Shown: one piece after another, positions 31,867 through 42,457 of the stretch | Layout: the number at the start of each line of letters is the position of its first letter | How positions within the stretch are numbered: the stretch's first letter is position 1 | From: an uncultured Spirochaetota bacterium | GTDB lineage: Bacteria > Spirochaetota > Spirochaetia > SZUA-6 > Fen-1364 | Length of the DNA stretch: 64,000 bases | Assembly: GCA_963745235.1 (NCBI GenBank) | Contig: CAVUXE010000044.1 | Coordinates: 32,001-96,000 of the forward strand | Direction of reading: 5' to 3' | Program-made: the position numbers and the translations under genes | Notes under the pieces: model-generated | The model's database searches: none | Told to the model about the DNA's origin: nothing | Seen by the model: the letters and a program-made list of their open reading frames with translations, nothing else

Positions 31867-32862
31867 ATGAGCCGGTTCGAAGCGCTCGTCGCAAGCCGGA
31901 AGCCGGATGGAACGTTCGTCCGGGAGCTCCGGCAGCAGGATACCGCGGATCTCCCCGCCGGGGACCTCATGGTTCGTGTCTCCTACAGCTCCCTCAACTA
32001 CAAGGATGCCCTTGCCGCGGTTGGCCGCCACGGCGTGGCAAAGGGGTATCCGCTCACTCCGGGCATAGATGCCGCTGGCGTGGTAGTTGAAAGCTCGACG
32101 GAAGATTTCGCGCCAGGGGACAGCGTGATTGCATGCGGTCGTGAGCTGGGCATAAGCGTCCCGGGAGGGTTCGGCCAGTACATCAGGATTCCCTCGTCAT
32201 GGGCGCTCCGGCCCCCTTCCGGGCTGACGCTGAGGGAATGCATGATCATCGGGACGGCGGGGTTCACGGCAGCGCTTTGCGTCCTTGACCTTCAGCGGCA
32301 CGCGGTGTCGCCCGGCGCCGAGGTGCTCGTCACGGGGGCCACCGGCGGCGTGGGGTGCCTTGCCGTCGCGCTCCTTTCGAAGCTCGGCTACCGGGTGGCC
32401 GCGGGCACGGGAAAGGCGGATAAGCGGGACTTCCTCACGTCCCTTGGGGCGCGGGAGGTCATTGCGCGGGCGAACCTGGACGATGGCTCAGGAAAGGCCC
32501 TTCTCAGCGAGAGATGGGCTGGTGTCGTCGACACGGTCGGCGGAAACATTCTTTCCACGGCAATCCGGTCCACAGCGTATGGCGGCTCCGTGGCCGCGTG
32601 CGGAAACGCGTCATCACCTGATCTGCCCCTGACCGTTTTTCCCTTCATCCTTCGGGGAGTCCGGCTCCTGGGGATCGACTCCGCAAAATGCCCCGCGAAA
32701 ACGAGAAAGGAGGTCTGGGACAGGCTAGGAGCGCAGTGGAGACCGGCGCGGCTGGAAGCCATTGCCGAGGAGTGTTCTCTGCACGGACTGGACGGAAGGA
32801 TAGACGACATCCTGCGCGGCCGCGTGAGCGGGCGCGTGATCGTCAACCTGCAGGCGCCTTGA
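31867..32862 (+). CDS. acuI: YhdH/AcuI family MDR oxidoreductase
   Basis: YSSLNYKDALA, GTAGFTAAL, VTGATGGVG, TVFPFILRGVRLLGIDS. Confidence 0.9.
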   Translation: MSRFEALVASRKPDGTFVRELRQQDTADLPAGDLMVRVSYSSLNYKDALAAVGRHGVAKGYPLTPGIDAAGVVVESSTEDFAPGDSVIACGRELGISVPGGFGQYIRIPSSWALRPPSGLTLRECMIIGTAGFTAALCVLDLQRHAVSPGAEVLVTGATGGVGCLAVALLSKLGYRVAAGTGKADKRDFLTSLGAREVIARANLDDGSGKALLSERWAGVVDTVGGNILSTAIRSTAYGGSVAACGNASSPDLPLTVFPFILRGVRLLGIDSAKCPAKTRKEVWDRLGAQWRPARLEAIAEECSLHGLDGRIDDILRGRVSGRVIVNLQAP

Positions 32863-32872
32863 AACGGACGGC

Positions 32873-33283
32873 CTACCCCCGGCGCCTTTTCTGCTGGCTT
32901 CTGGCGGCCTGTCTACCGGGGCCCGTCTGGCCTGCCGGCCTTCGTCTTCTTTCCTGACCCTGGCTGTCCCGGGCAGGAACATCCTGCGCCGCGAGGTCGA
33001 GCACCGAGTTCTCGCTTCCGAACTGGTTGGGCACGTACGCGTCCGCCGCCCAGTCGTTGTGCCACGCGCCCAGGTTGTCGCGGTAGCGGAACATGTACGA
33101 TTTCCCCCCATCGAGGGAGAGAGTCGCGCTCCACGATCCGTCCGGCTCCCGCTTCATCGGGTTGGCGGTGTCGCTCCAGGCGTTGAACTCACCGCACAGG
33201 TGAAGCGTCTCCACGCCCGGGACTGACGGCATGGTGAAGGTCACCTGGAATCTCTTTCCTCCCAGCGGCTTCTTGTGAAGCAT
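32873..33283 (-). CDS. Isoamylase early-set (CBM48-like) domain protein
   Basis: LCGEFNAW, YMFRY, WHNDWAADAYVPNQFGSENSV. Confidence 0.85.
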   Translation of the reverse strand: MLHKKPLGGKRFQVTFTMPSVPGVETLHLCGEFNAWSDTANPMKREPDGSWSATLSLDGGKSYMFRYRDNLGAWHNDWAADAYVPNQFGSENSVLDLAAQDVPARDSQGQERRRRPAGQTGPGRQAARSQQKRRRG

Positions 33284-33350
33284 ACGGACCTCCTGGGCCT
33301 CATAGTATACGGCATGAGAGGAGAAGGCGAAAGGTGGCTGACCGCCCACC

Positions 33351-34110
33351 TCACTTCGCCGTGGACAGGATGTGGCGGTCGTCGCTCAGCACATCCATGA
33401 GAGTCTTCGTGTCGTCAGGCCCGGGGAAGTTGATGAGAGAGGCGTAGCGCGCATCCGGCATGGTCTCCTTGAGGGGGGCAGCCACCTCGTTGTGCCAGTT
33501 GTCCACGATGTATGTCACCTTCTCCCCGGACAGCTTCGTGATCTGCGCGGCCTCCAGGGGAGCCGGGCCAAAGACACCCTTGATGGTGAACCCGAGCTCG
33601 GCCATCAACGGCTGCTGGAAGACATGCACGACAATGGGCGCACCATACAGGCCATCATCCCGAAGCTCCTGCTTCCACGAGGAGAGGAATGTCTCCAGGT
33701 CTGCAATCGAGGCACGCGCCTGGTCCTGGGTCCCCAGGATGTCGGCAATGGCGAGGATGGAGGTGCGCATGGTCTCCAGGGAGTAGTCGGCGTCGATGCG
33801 CAGGACGCGGATCTTTCGGCTCCCCGCGGCCTCCGCCAGGCGCTTTGCCATGACCTCGAAGCCGGTCGTGATGATGAGGTTCGCCCCCTTGAGAAGGGCG
33901 ACGTCAGAGGGCTTCATCTCGTATTCCGCCGGGTGGCGCAGGTCTGCGGGGGCAAGGGTGACAACGTCTTTCGCGCCCGCGGCGGCCGCAAAGGCAGCGG
34001 TCCAGCTGTTGGTTGCGACAACGAGGAACCCCTTCTGCCGCGCCTGGGCGGACACGGTGATGGTCGACAGCACGCAGAGAAAGCGCAATGAGAACGGCGC
34101 GGGTCTTCAT
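33351..34110 (-). CDS. Metal ABC substrate-binding protein (frameshift in the signal region)
   Basis: LRHPAEYEMKPSDV, VHVFQ, VDNWHN; RBS AGGAGG and start MKTRAVL in another frame. Confidence 0.78.
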
Positions 34111-34926
34111 GATCTCCTCCTTGCGATCCGCCTGTAGATGAGCCCCACCCCCAGGAGGCACGCGGCGATGACCGTCACCGCGGAGCTTGGCGGGAACGTC
34201 CAAGGCAAGGGACGAGAAGAATCCGGCGATGCTGCAGAATGCGCCGATCACGCAGGCCTGGACGAAGAACCCCCGCGTGCTGCGGGCCGTGAAGGACGCG
34301 ACGATGGCCGGCAGCAGCAGGATGGAGTCCAGGAGCAGCGCGCCGATGAGCTTCATCAGGAGCGCCACGCTGACCCCGACGAACAGCAGGATGACGGTGG
34401 TGACGGCGGCCTCGTTGACTCCCGAAGCGAAGGCGATCTCCCGGTGAAAGAGAACGGCGCTGACCCGGGGGAAGAGAGCCGTCACAAAGAGAGCGATGGC
34501 CGCGGCATACAGCGCTGTGACGGCCAGGTCCACCCGGGACAGTGAATAGATGCTTCCCCAGAGGATGCCGAAGGCATCCTTGGAAGGGACTCCGGCCTTG
34601 TAGATGACGGCAAACGCGAGCCCGATGGTGAGGACCATGAAGAACGTCGCCACGTACCCCAGGGCAAGACCGGACTCCCGGGCCACGCGGGCAATCGCGA
34701 CAATTGCTGCGACGTCCAGCACCAGCCCGGCAAAGAGCGGATCGATGTGAAGGGCCAGGCCGAGTGCCGCCCCCAGGAGCGCGGCGTGCATGAGCGTGAA
34801 GCGCAGCGTCACGAGGTTCAGCCGCAGGATGAACACCCCTGCCATCGGGAAGAAGCACCCCGCAACCACGAGGGCCACGAACCCTCGGAGGATGGGCGGG
34901 TAGGAAAACGCCTGCATGATGTTCAC
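34107..34926 (-). CDS. Metal ABC permease (frameshift ~34190)
   Basis: LMHAALLG, ILWGSI, MKLIGALL. Confidence 0.82.
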
Positions 34927-34935
34927 GGCGCCGGC

Positions 34936-35598
34936 TCAGGCAAAGCTGCCCGCCTCCATGCGCTCGATCCTCCACGAGGTCTCGGCCAGGACCTGGGAGT
35001 CGTGGGACACCATGACGACGGTCAGGCCGCGCCGCTCGTTCAGGTCGTGAAGGATGTCCATGACTTCCCTGCGGGAGACGGGGTCCAGGGAAGAGGTGGG
35101 CTCGTCGAGAAGGAGCACGGACGGATCCTGGCAGAGACAGCGCGCCAGGGAGAGCTTCTGCTTCTCCCCGCCGGAGAGCCGGGCGTACATCCTGTGCTGG
35201 AGGTGGGTGCAGCCGACCGCGCTCATCGCTTCCTGGACCCGCTCCCTCTTCACCGGCGCGGTGAGAGGAAGCGCGCAGACGCCGATCTCCACCACCTCCC
35301 GGCCCGAAAAGGGAAAGTCGACCGAGATCGCCTCCTGGTTCACGTAGCCGACCCTTCGCCTGTGCCGCAACCATTCCCGCGTGCCCACCTGGGCTCCCAG
35401 GACCCGCAGCGTCCCCGCGCTCCAACGCTGCAGGCCGAGGATCACCTTGAGCAGGGTGGTCTTGCCGGCGCCGTTGGGGCCGGCGACAATGACCCGCTCT
35501 CCGCAGGAGACCGAAAAGGACAGGTCGTGAAGGATGGAGTGTCCATCGATCGACACGTGGATGCTCTCCGCGGCAATGCAGGCGTCAGGCTGCGCCAT
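34936..35598 (-). CDS. Metal ABC ATPase
   Basis: GPNGAGKTT, LSGGEKQK, LLLDEP, VSHD. Confidence 0.9.
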   Translation of the reverse strand: MAQPDACIAAESIHVSIDGHSILHDLSFSVSCGERVIVAGPNGAGKTTLLKVILGLQRWSAGTLRVLGAQVGTREWLRHRRRVGYVNQEAISVDFPFSGREVVEIGVCALPLTAPVKRERVQEAMSAVGCTHLQHRMYARLSGGEKQKLSLARCLCQDPSVLLLDEPTSSLDPVSRREVMDILHDLNERRGLTVVMVSHDSQVLAETSWRIERMEAGSFA

Positions 35599-35683
35599 GA
35601 TTCATGAGAGATACATGCCGGGGATGAGAAAGTCAACTCGTGCAGGTTTGCCCGGGCGGACGCCAACGTCATAGATTTACTTC

Positions 35684-36643
35684 ATGAAGGCAATCGTCGT
35701 TCGCGAGTTCGGTGACCCGGACGTGATGAAGCTAGAGCAGACCACCGCGCCGACCCCCGGGCGGGGGCAGGTCCTCGTCCGGATCAAGGCGGCGGGGGTG
35801 AATCCCGCCGACACGTATGCCCGCGCGGGCGCCGGCACGAAGCCGCAGCTTCCCTATACCCCGGGGACCGATGGCGCCGGCGTCATAGAATCGGCGGGCC
35901 CGGACGTCACCTCGGTAAAGCCTGGTGACCGGGTCTATACCGCCCGCTCGCTCAGCGGCACCTATGCCGAGTGCGCGCTGGCCCTCGCGTCGCAGGTGTT
36001 TCCCCTTCCACAACGGATCTCTTTTTCACAGGGCGCCGGGATCTACGTTCCGTACGCAACTGCCTGGCGCGCGCTCATGCATTTCGCCCAGGCGCGGCCG
36101 GGAGAGACGCTCCTGGTCCACGGCGCAAGCGGCGGAGTCGGGATCGCAGCCGTTCAGACGGCACGAGCCGCGGGCTTGAAAGTGATCGGCACTGCGGGGT
36201 CAGAGAAGGGGCGCGAGCTTGCGGCGCGCGAAGGCGCGCACCATGTTCTGGACCATGGCGCGAAAGGATACCAGGAGGAGATCGTGGCTTTGACCGGGGG
36301 CCGGGGCGTGGAGGTCATCCTGGAGATGGTGGCGAACGTCAACCTGGGCGCTGATCTGAAGCTCCTGGCGCCGCACGGACGCGTGGTCGTCATCGGAAGC
36401 CGTGGAGAAGTGACGGTGAATCCTCGGGACCTGATGGGCAGGGACGCCGCCATCTTCGGGATGCTCATCTGGAACATTTCGGATGAGGATGCCGTCATCA
36501 CGCATGCCGCGCTGGCCGCCGGCATGGAAAACGGCACGCTTCGCCCCGTTGTCGGGCTGGAGCTTGCGCTCGCGGAGGCGCCGGAGGCTCACCGGAAGGT
36601 CATGGAGCCCGGCGCTTTTGGGAAGATCGTTCTTCTTCCCTGA
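35684..36643 (+). CDS. NADPH:quinone reductase (zeta-crystallin-like)
   Basis: AAGVNPAD, PYTPGTDGAG, VHGASGGVG, GKIVL. Confidence 0.92.
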   Translation: MKAIVVREFGDPDVMKLEQTTAPTPGRGQVLVRIKAAGVNPADTYARAGAGTKPQLPYTPGTDGAGVIESAGPDVTSVKPGDRVYTARSLSGTYAECALALASQVFPLPQRISFSQGAGIYVPYATAWRALMHFAQARPGETLLVHGASGGVGIAAVQTARAAGLKVIGTAGSEKGRELAAREGAHHVLDHGAKGYQEEIVALTGGRGVEVILEMVANVNLGADLKLLAPHGRVVVIGSRGEVTVNPRDLMGRDAAIFGMLIWNISDEDAVITHAALAAGMENGTLRPVVGLELALAEAPEAHRKVMEPGAFGKIVLLP

Positions 36644-37562
36644 GCCTTTTCTCCCAGAACATCACGCCCGGCAGCGGGTTTCTGCAGTACGGCGGGATCT
36701 GCACGAACCCGAGGCTGCGGTACAGGGCAACGGCGCCGGAGAGTCTTTCCAGCGTGTCCAGCCGCATGGCCCGGTACCCCAACCGGAACGCCTCCCTGAT
36801 GATCCGCTCCGCGAGGAGGCGGCCGATGCCGAGCCCCCGGTATTCCGGCCGGACGAACATCCGCTTCATCTCGCACACTCCCCGGGAAAGCTTTCGAAGC
36901 GCCACGCAGCCGGCGGGCTCAGTCCCGCCCGTGCCCGTGGGGACCCGCGCCACCAGGAGCGCCCCGGAGGGTGACGCGTATTTCCCGGGCAGGCCGGCGA
37001 GCTCTTTCTCGAAGCCCTGGAAGGAAAGGTCCTCCCTGAGGAACGCCGCGTACTCCCGTATGAGCACGCGGGCGGTGGCGACATCGAAGGGGCTTGCGGC
37101 AGGCTCGATCAGGGGAGGATTCGCGGACCTCCTCTCGAGGATCCTTTCGGCGGCATTGAGATGGTTGACCAGGGACTGTGCCTCCTCATCGCTCAATGGG
37201 GCCAGGAGGTCCGCGGTGCGGGAGTCGGATGCCGCGTTGATCTCCTCCAGCGCCGAGCGGCCGTCGCTGGTCAGCTCGAGGATGAGGATGCGGCCATCCC
37301 GGGGATCCCGCCGCGTGGCAACCAGTCCGAGCGCCGCAAGACGCTTGATCACCCGGTTGAGATATCCCATGTCGATGGCGAGGTCGGCGCACAACCCCGA
37401 CTGCGCGTGTTCGCCCCGGCGGCCGATCTCCAGCAGGACGCGCGCCTCCGTCAGCGTGAACCCCGTGACGAAGTGCTGGCGGCTGAGCAGGCCGAGCTTG
37501 TTGGTGTAGTAGCGGTTGAAATGGCGGATGGCCTGGATGACCGGCCCACGGTCCGTGCCCAT
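36600..37562 (-). CDS. MarR-GNAT bifunctional regulator/acetyltransferase
   Basis: IRHFNRYYT, TLTEARVLLEI; CEMKRMFVRPEYRGLGIGR, AVALYRSLGF. Confidence 0.9.
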   Translation of the reverse strand: MGTDRGPVIQAIRHFNRYYTNKLGLLSRQHFVTGFTLTEARVLLEIGRRGEHAQSGLCADLAIDMGYLNRVIKRLAALGLVATRRDPRDGRILILELTSDGRSALEEINAASDSRTADLLAPLSDEEAQSLVNHLNAAERILERRSANPPLIEPAASPFDVATARVLIREYAAFLREDLSFQGFEKELAGLPGKYASPSGALLVARVPTGTGGTEPAGCVALRKLSRGVCEMKRMFVRPEYRGLGIGRLLAERIIREAFRLGYRAMRLDTLERLSGAVALYRSLGFVQIPPYCRNPLPGVMFWEKRLREEERSSQKRRAP

Positions 37563-37603
37563 GCCGTGAAGCTATAGAAGTTACTTGCCTGAGTCAAGTA
37601 ACT

Positions 37604-38425
37604 TCAGCCCTTGACCGCTCCCGCGGCTATCCCCCTGATGATGAACTTCTGCAGCGCAAGGTACAGCACGATGATGGGCGCCGCGGAAAGGATCAGGCTG
37701 GCCGCTGCCGGGCCATACTCCCGAAGGAACATGCCGTAGAAGTGCATCTGCTCCAGCTGCAGTGTGCCTTTCTTCACGACCACCAGGGGAAGAAGGAAAT
37801 CGTTCCACAACCACAGGGCGTCGAGGATCAGGATGGTGGCCGTGATGGGCTTGAGCAGCGGAAAAACCACCCGGGCGAACACGAATACCTGCCCGCCACC
37901 GTCAATGGCCGCGGCCTCCTCCAGCTCCCGGGGGACCCCCTTGACAAACCCGTGGTACATGAAAACCGCAAGCGGGCATCCCAGTCCCCAGTACATCGGG
38001 ATGATCCCCCAGATGGTGGAGAGCTTGAGGTCCGTTGCAAGGGACACGATGGGAACCATGACGATCTGGAACGGTATGACGAGGGCGAAGGCGAACAGCA
38101 GGTACAGGAGCCAGGATAGGCGCCCCAGCGTGCGCGCAAGCTTCCAGGCGGCCATGGAGCTGAACAGCAGAATGCCCGCCACGCCGAAGACCGTGATGAT
38201 GGCCGTGTTGAGGAGGGTGGAAGCGAAATGCATCTCGGTCCACGCCTTGGCGAAGTTGGCAAGCGTGACCGTGGTGGGGAGGCTGATGGGATGCAGCTTG
38301 ATGTCGGCTTCCGGCTTCACGGCATTGGTCAGGACGAACAGCGCCGGGTAGATATAGATGATGGCGACCAGGATCATGAAGGCTTCGAAGAGCCAGCGCA
38401 TGCGTTTTCGACGAATCGGGCTCAC
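37604..38425 (-). CDS. Carbohydrate ABC permease
   Basis: VPRELEEAAAIDG, WNDFLLP. Confidence 0.9.
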   Translation of the reverse strand: MSPIRRKRMRWLFEAFMILVAIIYIYPALFVLTNAVKPEADIKLHPISLPTTVTLANFAKAWTEMHFASTLLNTAIITVFGVAGILLFSSMAAWKLARTLGRLSWLLYLLFAFALVIPFQIVMVPIVSLATDLKLSTIWGIIPMYWGLGCPLAVFMYHGFVKGVPRELEEAAAIDGGGQVFVFARVVFPLLKPITATILILDALWLWNDFLLPLVVVKKGTLQLEQMHFYGMFLREYGPAAASLILSAAPIIVLYLALQKFIIRGIAAGAVKG

Positions 38426-39945
38426 ATCTGCACCTCCCTGCGCTTGGTGATGGAGAGCTGGACTCCCGTGATGAGCGCGATGGCGATGAACAGCAGGATG
38501 GCCTTCGCGGTTGCCAATCCGGCAAGCTTCTTTGCAAACGCATCAAAAAAGATATCCATGACGAACGGAATGGTCCCCAGGGCATAACCGGACGGTCCAA
38601 CCATCGCGTACATCAGGTCGAAGCTCTTCAGGGAGTTGGAGAGGCTGAGGAACAGGCAGATGGTGAACGCGGGCACCAGGAGCGGAAGCGTGATGTGCCG
38701 CAGCCGGGCGGCGAAGCCCGTGCCATCTATGCTTGCGGCTTCCAGGACATCCGTGGGGATGTTGGAAAGGCCCGCCAGGTATATCACCATCAGGTAGCCG
38801 GCCTGCTGCCAGACCTGGACCATGACGATGAGCCACGGAGCCTTGTCGGGGTCTCCCATCCATTTGTCTATTCCCGTGAGCGCGGGGAGCAGGTTGTAGA
38901 AGACGAAAGACCACACGAGAGCGACCACGATCATGGAGAGGACGTTGGGAAGAAAGAATACTGACCGGAGGACTTTCTGGCTCTTGATGCCCGTATCAAG
39001 GGCCAACGCCAGGAGAAAGCCTATCAGGTTGCTGAAAAGAACGTTGAAGATGGTGAAAAAAATCGTGAAGCCGATGACGCCCATCTCGAAGCGCTGCTGG
39101 ACCCACGTGGATGCAAGAAGCCCCTTGAGCGCGCCCAGCTTGTAAATCTGCTCCGTTGCGGCCTTCACCTCACCTGCTTCCGCCGGTGACAGGGGGCTTG
39201 AGGCCACGAAGTCGCTGACGGCCACGTTGAAGGCCGCCTGGTCCTTCTGCAATCCGGCGGTTTTTACGGAGGACAGAAGCGCATCAACCTTCTCGGAGGA
39301 TATGACCTTCTTCACGGCCACCTCGGGAAGGAGCCAGATCCTGTCCTCAAGGGCAAACTCGTCGAATCTCGCTTTCAGGCGATAGACATCATCCTGAAGG
39401 GAATAGAACGCAAAGGCAAGCTCGCGGTCCTGCGGAGTCGAGAGCCTGGCCAGAAAGTGCTTCTCAAAGTCCCCGCGGGGAATTGTCGCCGGCAGGTCCG
39501 AATCCGCATTGTAGTTGACCTGGGTGAACACGTGGGGATAGAACCTTTCCTCGACCCCGCCCGTAAAGATGCGCAGGTAGTTCGCAAACCCGACTACCTT
39601 GTATCCTTCGGGTTGGAAGCCCGCGACGCGCAGGAGGTGCTGCAGGCGGTAGCGGGTCAGGCCTGTGGCCGCGTATCTCTTGTACTGGTTGTCTGCCGGA
39701 TCGAGGTGATAGATGGAAAGAAGAAAGCTTCGCTCGTCCGCCCTGGGGAGGCGGTTCAGGATCTGCGATTCGAAATCCCCCTTCGCCATGCTGATGGGGA
39801 TCCGTGGCGTGAGGCCGTCCCAGTCGGTGAAGGAGATCCGGATACCCTGGCCGAAGGGGTAGAGGAAGAATAGAGCGTACAGGGCGAGGCCAGGAAGCAC
39901 AAAGAGGGCAAAGTACAGCGCGCTTTTCCACCGAGGCTGAACCAT
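38422..39945 (-). CDS. Carbohydrate ABC permease with a very large periplasmic insertion
   Basis: ISFTDWDG, then roughly 250 extra residues, then VFFLPNVLS, EAASIDG, LKSFD. Confidence 0.88.
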   Translation of the reverse strand: MVQPRWKSALYFALFVLPGLALYALFFLYPFGQGIRISFTDWDGLTPRIPISMAKGDFESQILNRLPRADERSFLLSIYHLDPADNQYKRYAATGLTRYRLQHLLRVAGFQPEGYKVVGFANYLRIFTGGVEERFYPHVFTQVNYNADSDLPATIPRGDFEKHFLARLSTPQDRELAFAFYSLQDDVYRLKARFDEFALEDRIWLLPEVAVKKVISSEKVDALLSSVKTAGLQKDQAAFNVAVSDFVASSPLSPAEAGEVKAATEQIYKLGALKGLLASTWVQQRFEMGVIGFTIFFTIFNVLFSNLIGFLLALALDTGIKSQKVLRSVFFLPNVLSMIVVALVWSFVFYNLLPALTGIDKWMGDPDKAPWLIVMVQVWQQAGYLMVIYLAGLSNIPTDVLEAASIDGTGFAARLRHITLPLLVPAFTICLFLSLSNSLKSFDLMYAMVGPSGYALGTIPFVMDIFFDAFAKKLAGLATAKAILLFIAIALITGVQLSITKRREVQM

Positions 39946-40039
39946 GGTCCCTCCAACAGGCCGGGGAGGCTGGATAGCGCGCTTCGCGCGCCCAAACCTC
40001 CCCGGGAGAATGCGACACCAAAGTGAGTATAGCGCGAAA

Positions 40040-41272
40040 CTACTGTTTGCGCGCCTCTCTCCAGATCCTGTCGATGTCGGCGATCACGTCGTCCGCCGTC
40101 TTCTTCTTGAAGACATAGCCCTGAGCGCCGTTCTTTGCGCCATCCTCGAAGGCGGCGGTGGGGTACATGGAGAAAGCCCAGGGATATGCCCCGTTCTTTG
40201 CGACGGTGCTCATGAGCTGCTGGAACGGGGCCTGCAGCGCCGACAGGTCGGCCCCTTTGAAGTCTGAGGTGAGCTTGCAGTCCGTTGTCCAGATCTTGAT
40301 GGCCTTGGGTGTCGACAGCCACGCAAGGAACTTCTTTCCCGCCGCCTGCTTTTCAGCGGACGCCTGGGAGGAGAGCCCGAAGGTTGAGTCGACGTCGGCG
40401 TAGAACTTGTTCATCTTCGCGTCGTTGAACACGGGGAACGGGACAAAGCCGCAGTTCAGCGACGGGTTGGTCCCGATGGCGGCCCCGTATGACCACAGCC
40501 CCTGGACCATCATGGCGGATTTCCCGCCGGCGAACGCGGCCTGCTGCTCGTTCCAGGACATCTCTTCCGCGTTGTCGTCCATGTTGGCCCGATAGAAGTC
40601 GATGATGGAGAAGAGCTTTCCTGTATCCACCACGCCGTAGCTTGTCTTGCCGGCGTCCATGTCAGCGATGAACTTCGTGACGGGAATCTTCTTCTCCGCG
40701 AGGAGGCTGGTGTGCACCAGCGTGATGAAGTGGCCGATTGACCAGTTCTCCTTCAGGAGGCCTGCAAACGGCGTGACCCCGTTGTCCTTGAGGGTCTTCA
40801 CTACCCGCTCGAGCTCCCGGTAGGTCGTGGGGGGCTTCAGGTTGTACTTCGCGAAGATGTCCTTGTTGTAGATGATGCCGATGCCGGCGAAGTCCATGGG
40901 GAGCGCCCATTTCTTGCCGTTCCAGGTGACCGCGGCGGTGGCGGAGGGGATCACCTTGGAAAGAACGGGCTCCCTCGTGAGATCCACCAGGTAGCCTTTC
41001 TGCGCGTACTCGAACACGCGGGAATACGACTGCATCTGGAGTATCTCCGACAGGCTCCCTGACGCCGCGCGCGCCGCCATGGTGGCATCCGCGTCGTTCG
41101 GGATGATGAGCAGGCTGATGGTGATGCCCGGGTTGTCCGCCGTGAAGGCGTCCGTCAGCGTTTTGAGCCCTGCCTGGATCTCCTGCTTGTAATAGTACAT
41201 CTCCAGCTTCTGGGCAGAGAGCGAGCCGACGATGGCCAGGGCCAGGATGACGAGCACGATCAGTTTCTTCAT
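40040..41272 (-). CDS. Sugar ABC substrate-binding protein
   Basis: MKKLIVLVILALAIVGSLSA signal; GIIYNKDIF, SAMMVQGLW. Confidence 0.88.
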   Translation of the reverse strand: MKKLIVLVILALAIVGSLSAQKLEMYYYKQEIQAGLKTLTDAFTADNPGITISLLIIPNDADATMAARAASGSLSEILQMQSYSRVFEYAQKGYLVDLTREPVLSKVIPSATAAVTWNGKKWALPMDFAGIGIIYNKDIFAKYNLKPPTTYRELERVVKTLKDNGVTPFAGLLKENWSIGHFITLVHTSLLAEKKIPVTKFIADMDAGKTSYGVVDTGKLFSIIDFYRANMDDNAEEMSWNEQQAAFAGGKSAMMVQGLWSYGAAIGTNPSLNCGFVPFPVFNDAKMNKFYADVDSTFGLSSQASAEKQAAGKKFLAWLSTPKAIKIWTTDCKLTSDFKGADLSALQAPFQQLMSTVAKNGAYPWAFSMYPTAAFEDGAKNGAQGYVFKKKTADDVIADIDRIWREARKQ

Positions 41273-41382
41273 GAAATACCTCCTTGGGATGATCCCGGAA
41301 ATCTGTGGCCGCAGCCGTCCACGCATGAACCAAGACTGTGTATTTTCGATTGTGAGGGGCTTGTGTTCGGGCGCGATTCGAT

Positions 41383-41414
41383 GTAACATTATGCAACCGG
41401 TTGCGTAACATTAT
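41383..41414. promoter_or_regulatory. LacI-family operator in the divergent promoter
   Basis: Palindrome GCAACCGGTTGC (41393-41404) flanked by two copies of GTAACATTAT. Confidence 0.7.
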
Positions 41415-41437
41415 ACAGGTTTTTGGACGGTTGTCAA

Positions 41438-42457
41438 GTGAAGAAGAGAGTTACCATTTACGACATCGCGCGGCTGGCCGGGGTGACCACGGCCACGGTT
41501 TCCCGCGTCCTCAACGGGAAGACGGGCATTTCCAGCGCCACGCGGGAGAGGGTCACGGCGGTCATGCAGAAGACGCGCTACTTCCCCTCACCCGCGGCGT
41601 CCGGGCTGCGCTCGAAAGCTACGCGGGAGATCGGGATCCTGTCCCCTTTTTTCATCGGGGACTTCTTCCTCAGCCTCTTCGAGAGCCTGCACCGGCGTCT
41701 CAAGGACTACGACCTGATCCTGTATAACGCGCAGACCCCCGCCCATCGCCGGGAGGTCATCGACCGGATCGCTGCTGAGGAAAAGCTCTGTGCCTTGATC
41801 GTGGCCAGTACTCCCATCCTCCTGGAGGAGGAGATCCTCATCTCCGCGCTTCGCATCCCCGTGGTCCTGCTCGAGGCACGACATCATTCCTACAGCTCCG
41901 TCGACTACGACCACCAGATCGGTGCCTTCAAGGCGGTCAGTCATCTCGTGGAGCTCGGCCACCGGGATATCGCCATCATCGGGGGAAAGCCGGAAACGCG
42001 GCTGTACTCTCCCATCGGGAAGGAGAGGCTGAAGGGATACCGCATGGCTCTGGCCATGGCGGACATTCCCGTCCGGGACCAGCTCATCATGAGCGGAGAA
42101 TGGACCAGCACGGACGCAAGGTCCTGCGCCACCGCGCTCCTCACCGGAAACAGGCCGCCAACGGCCATCTTTGCAACCTCAGACGTGCAGGCGGCCGGAG
42201 TGCTCATGGCAGCGCGGGAGCTGGGGGTGAGGGTCCCGGATGACCTCTCCGTTGTCGGGTACGACAACCTCCCCGTTGCGGAGTATCTGTCTCTCACCAC
42301 CATGTGGCAGCACCAGGACCTCCTGGCCCGCAACGCCGCCACGCTTCTGCTGGAAGAGCTTCGAAGCGGGGTGCGCACGGGAGAGCGGGTCGTGCTCCAG
42401 CCTGAGCTCGTTGTGCGCACCTCCACCGGAGCGCCCCGGATACGAAAGAGCGCATGA
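41438..42457 (+). CDS. LacI-family transcriptional regulator
   Basis: VTIYDIARLAGVTTATVSRVLN, PTAIFA, VPDDLSVVGYDN. Confidence 0.95.
   Translation: MKKRVTIYDIARLAGVTTATVSRVLNGKTGISSATRERVTAVMQKTRYFPSPAASGLRSKATREIGILSPFFIGDFFLSLFESLHRRLKDYDLILYNAQTPAHRREVIDRIAAEEKLCALIVASTPILLEEEILISALRIPVVLLEARHHSYSSVDYDHQIGAFKAVSHLVELGHRDIAIIGGKPETRLYSPIGKERLKGYRMALAMADIPVRDQLIMSGEWTSTDARSCATALLTGNRPPTAIFATSDVQAAGVLMAARELGVRVPDDLSVVGYDNLPVAEYLSLTTMWQHQDLLARNAATLLLEELRSGVRTGERVVLQPELVVRTSTGAPRIRKSA

Noticed and set aside
1-35598. Many split genes (gltA, mntR, RT, metal ABC genes) as pseudogenes or programmed frameshifts
   Set aside because: Single-base shifts in unrelated, otherwise intact genes, often at homopolymers, fit long-read error; the RT site AAAATTTT is not in slippery-heptamer phase
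31867-36643. The two MDR oxidoreductases as the missing BMC alcohol dehydrogenase
   Set aside because: They are non-zinc AcuI/quinone-reductase types, lack encapsulation peptides and are not linked to the operon
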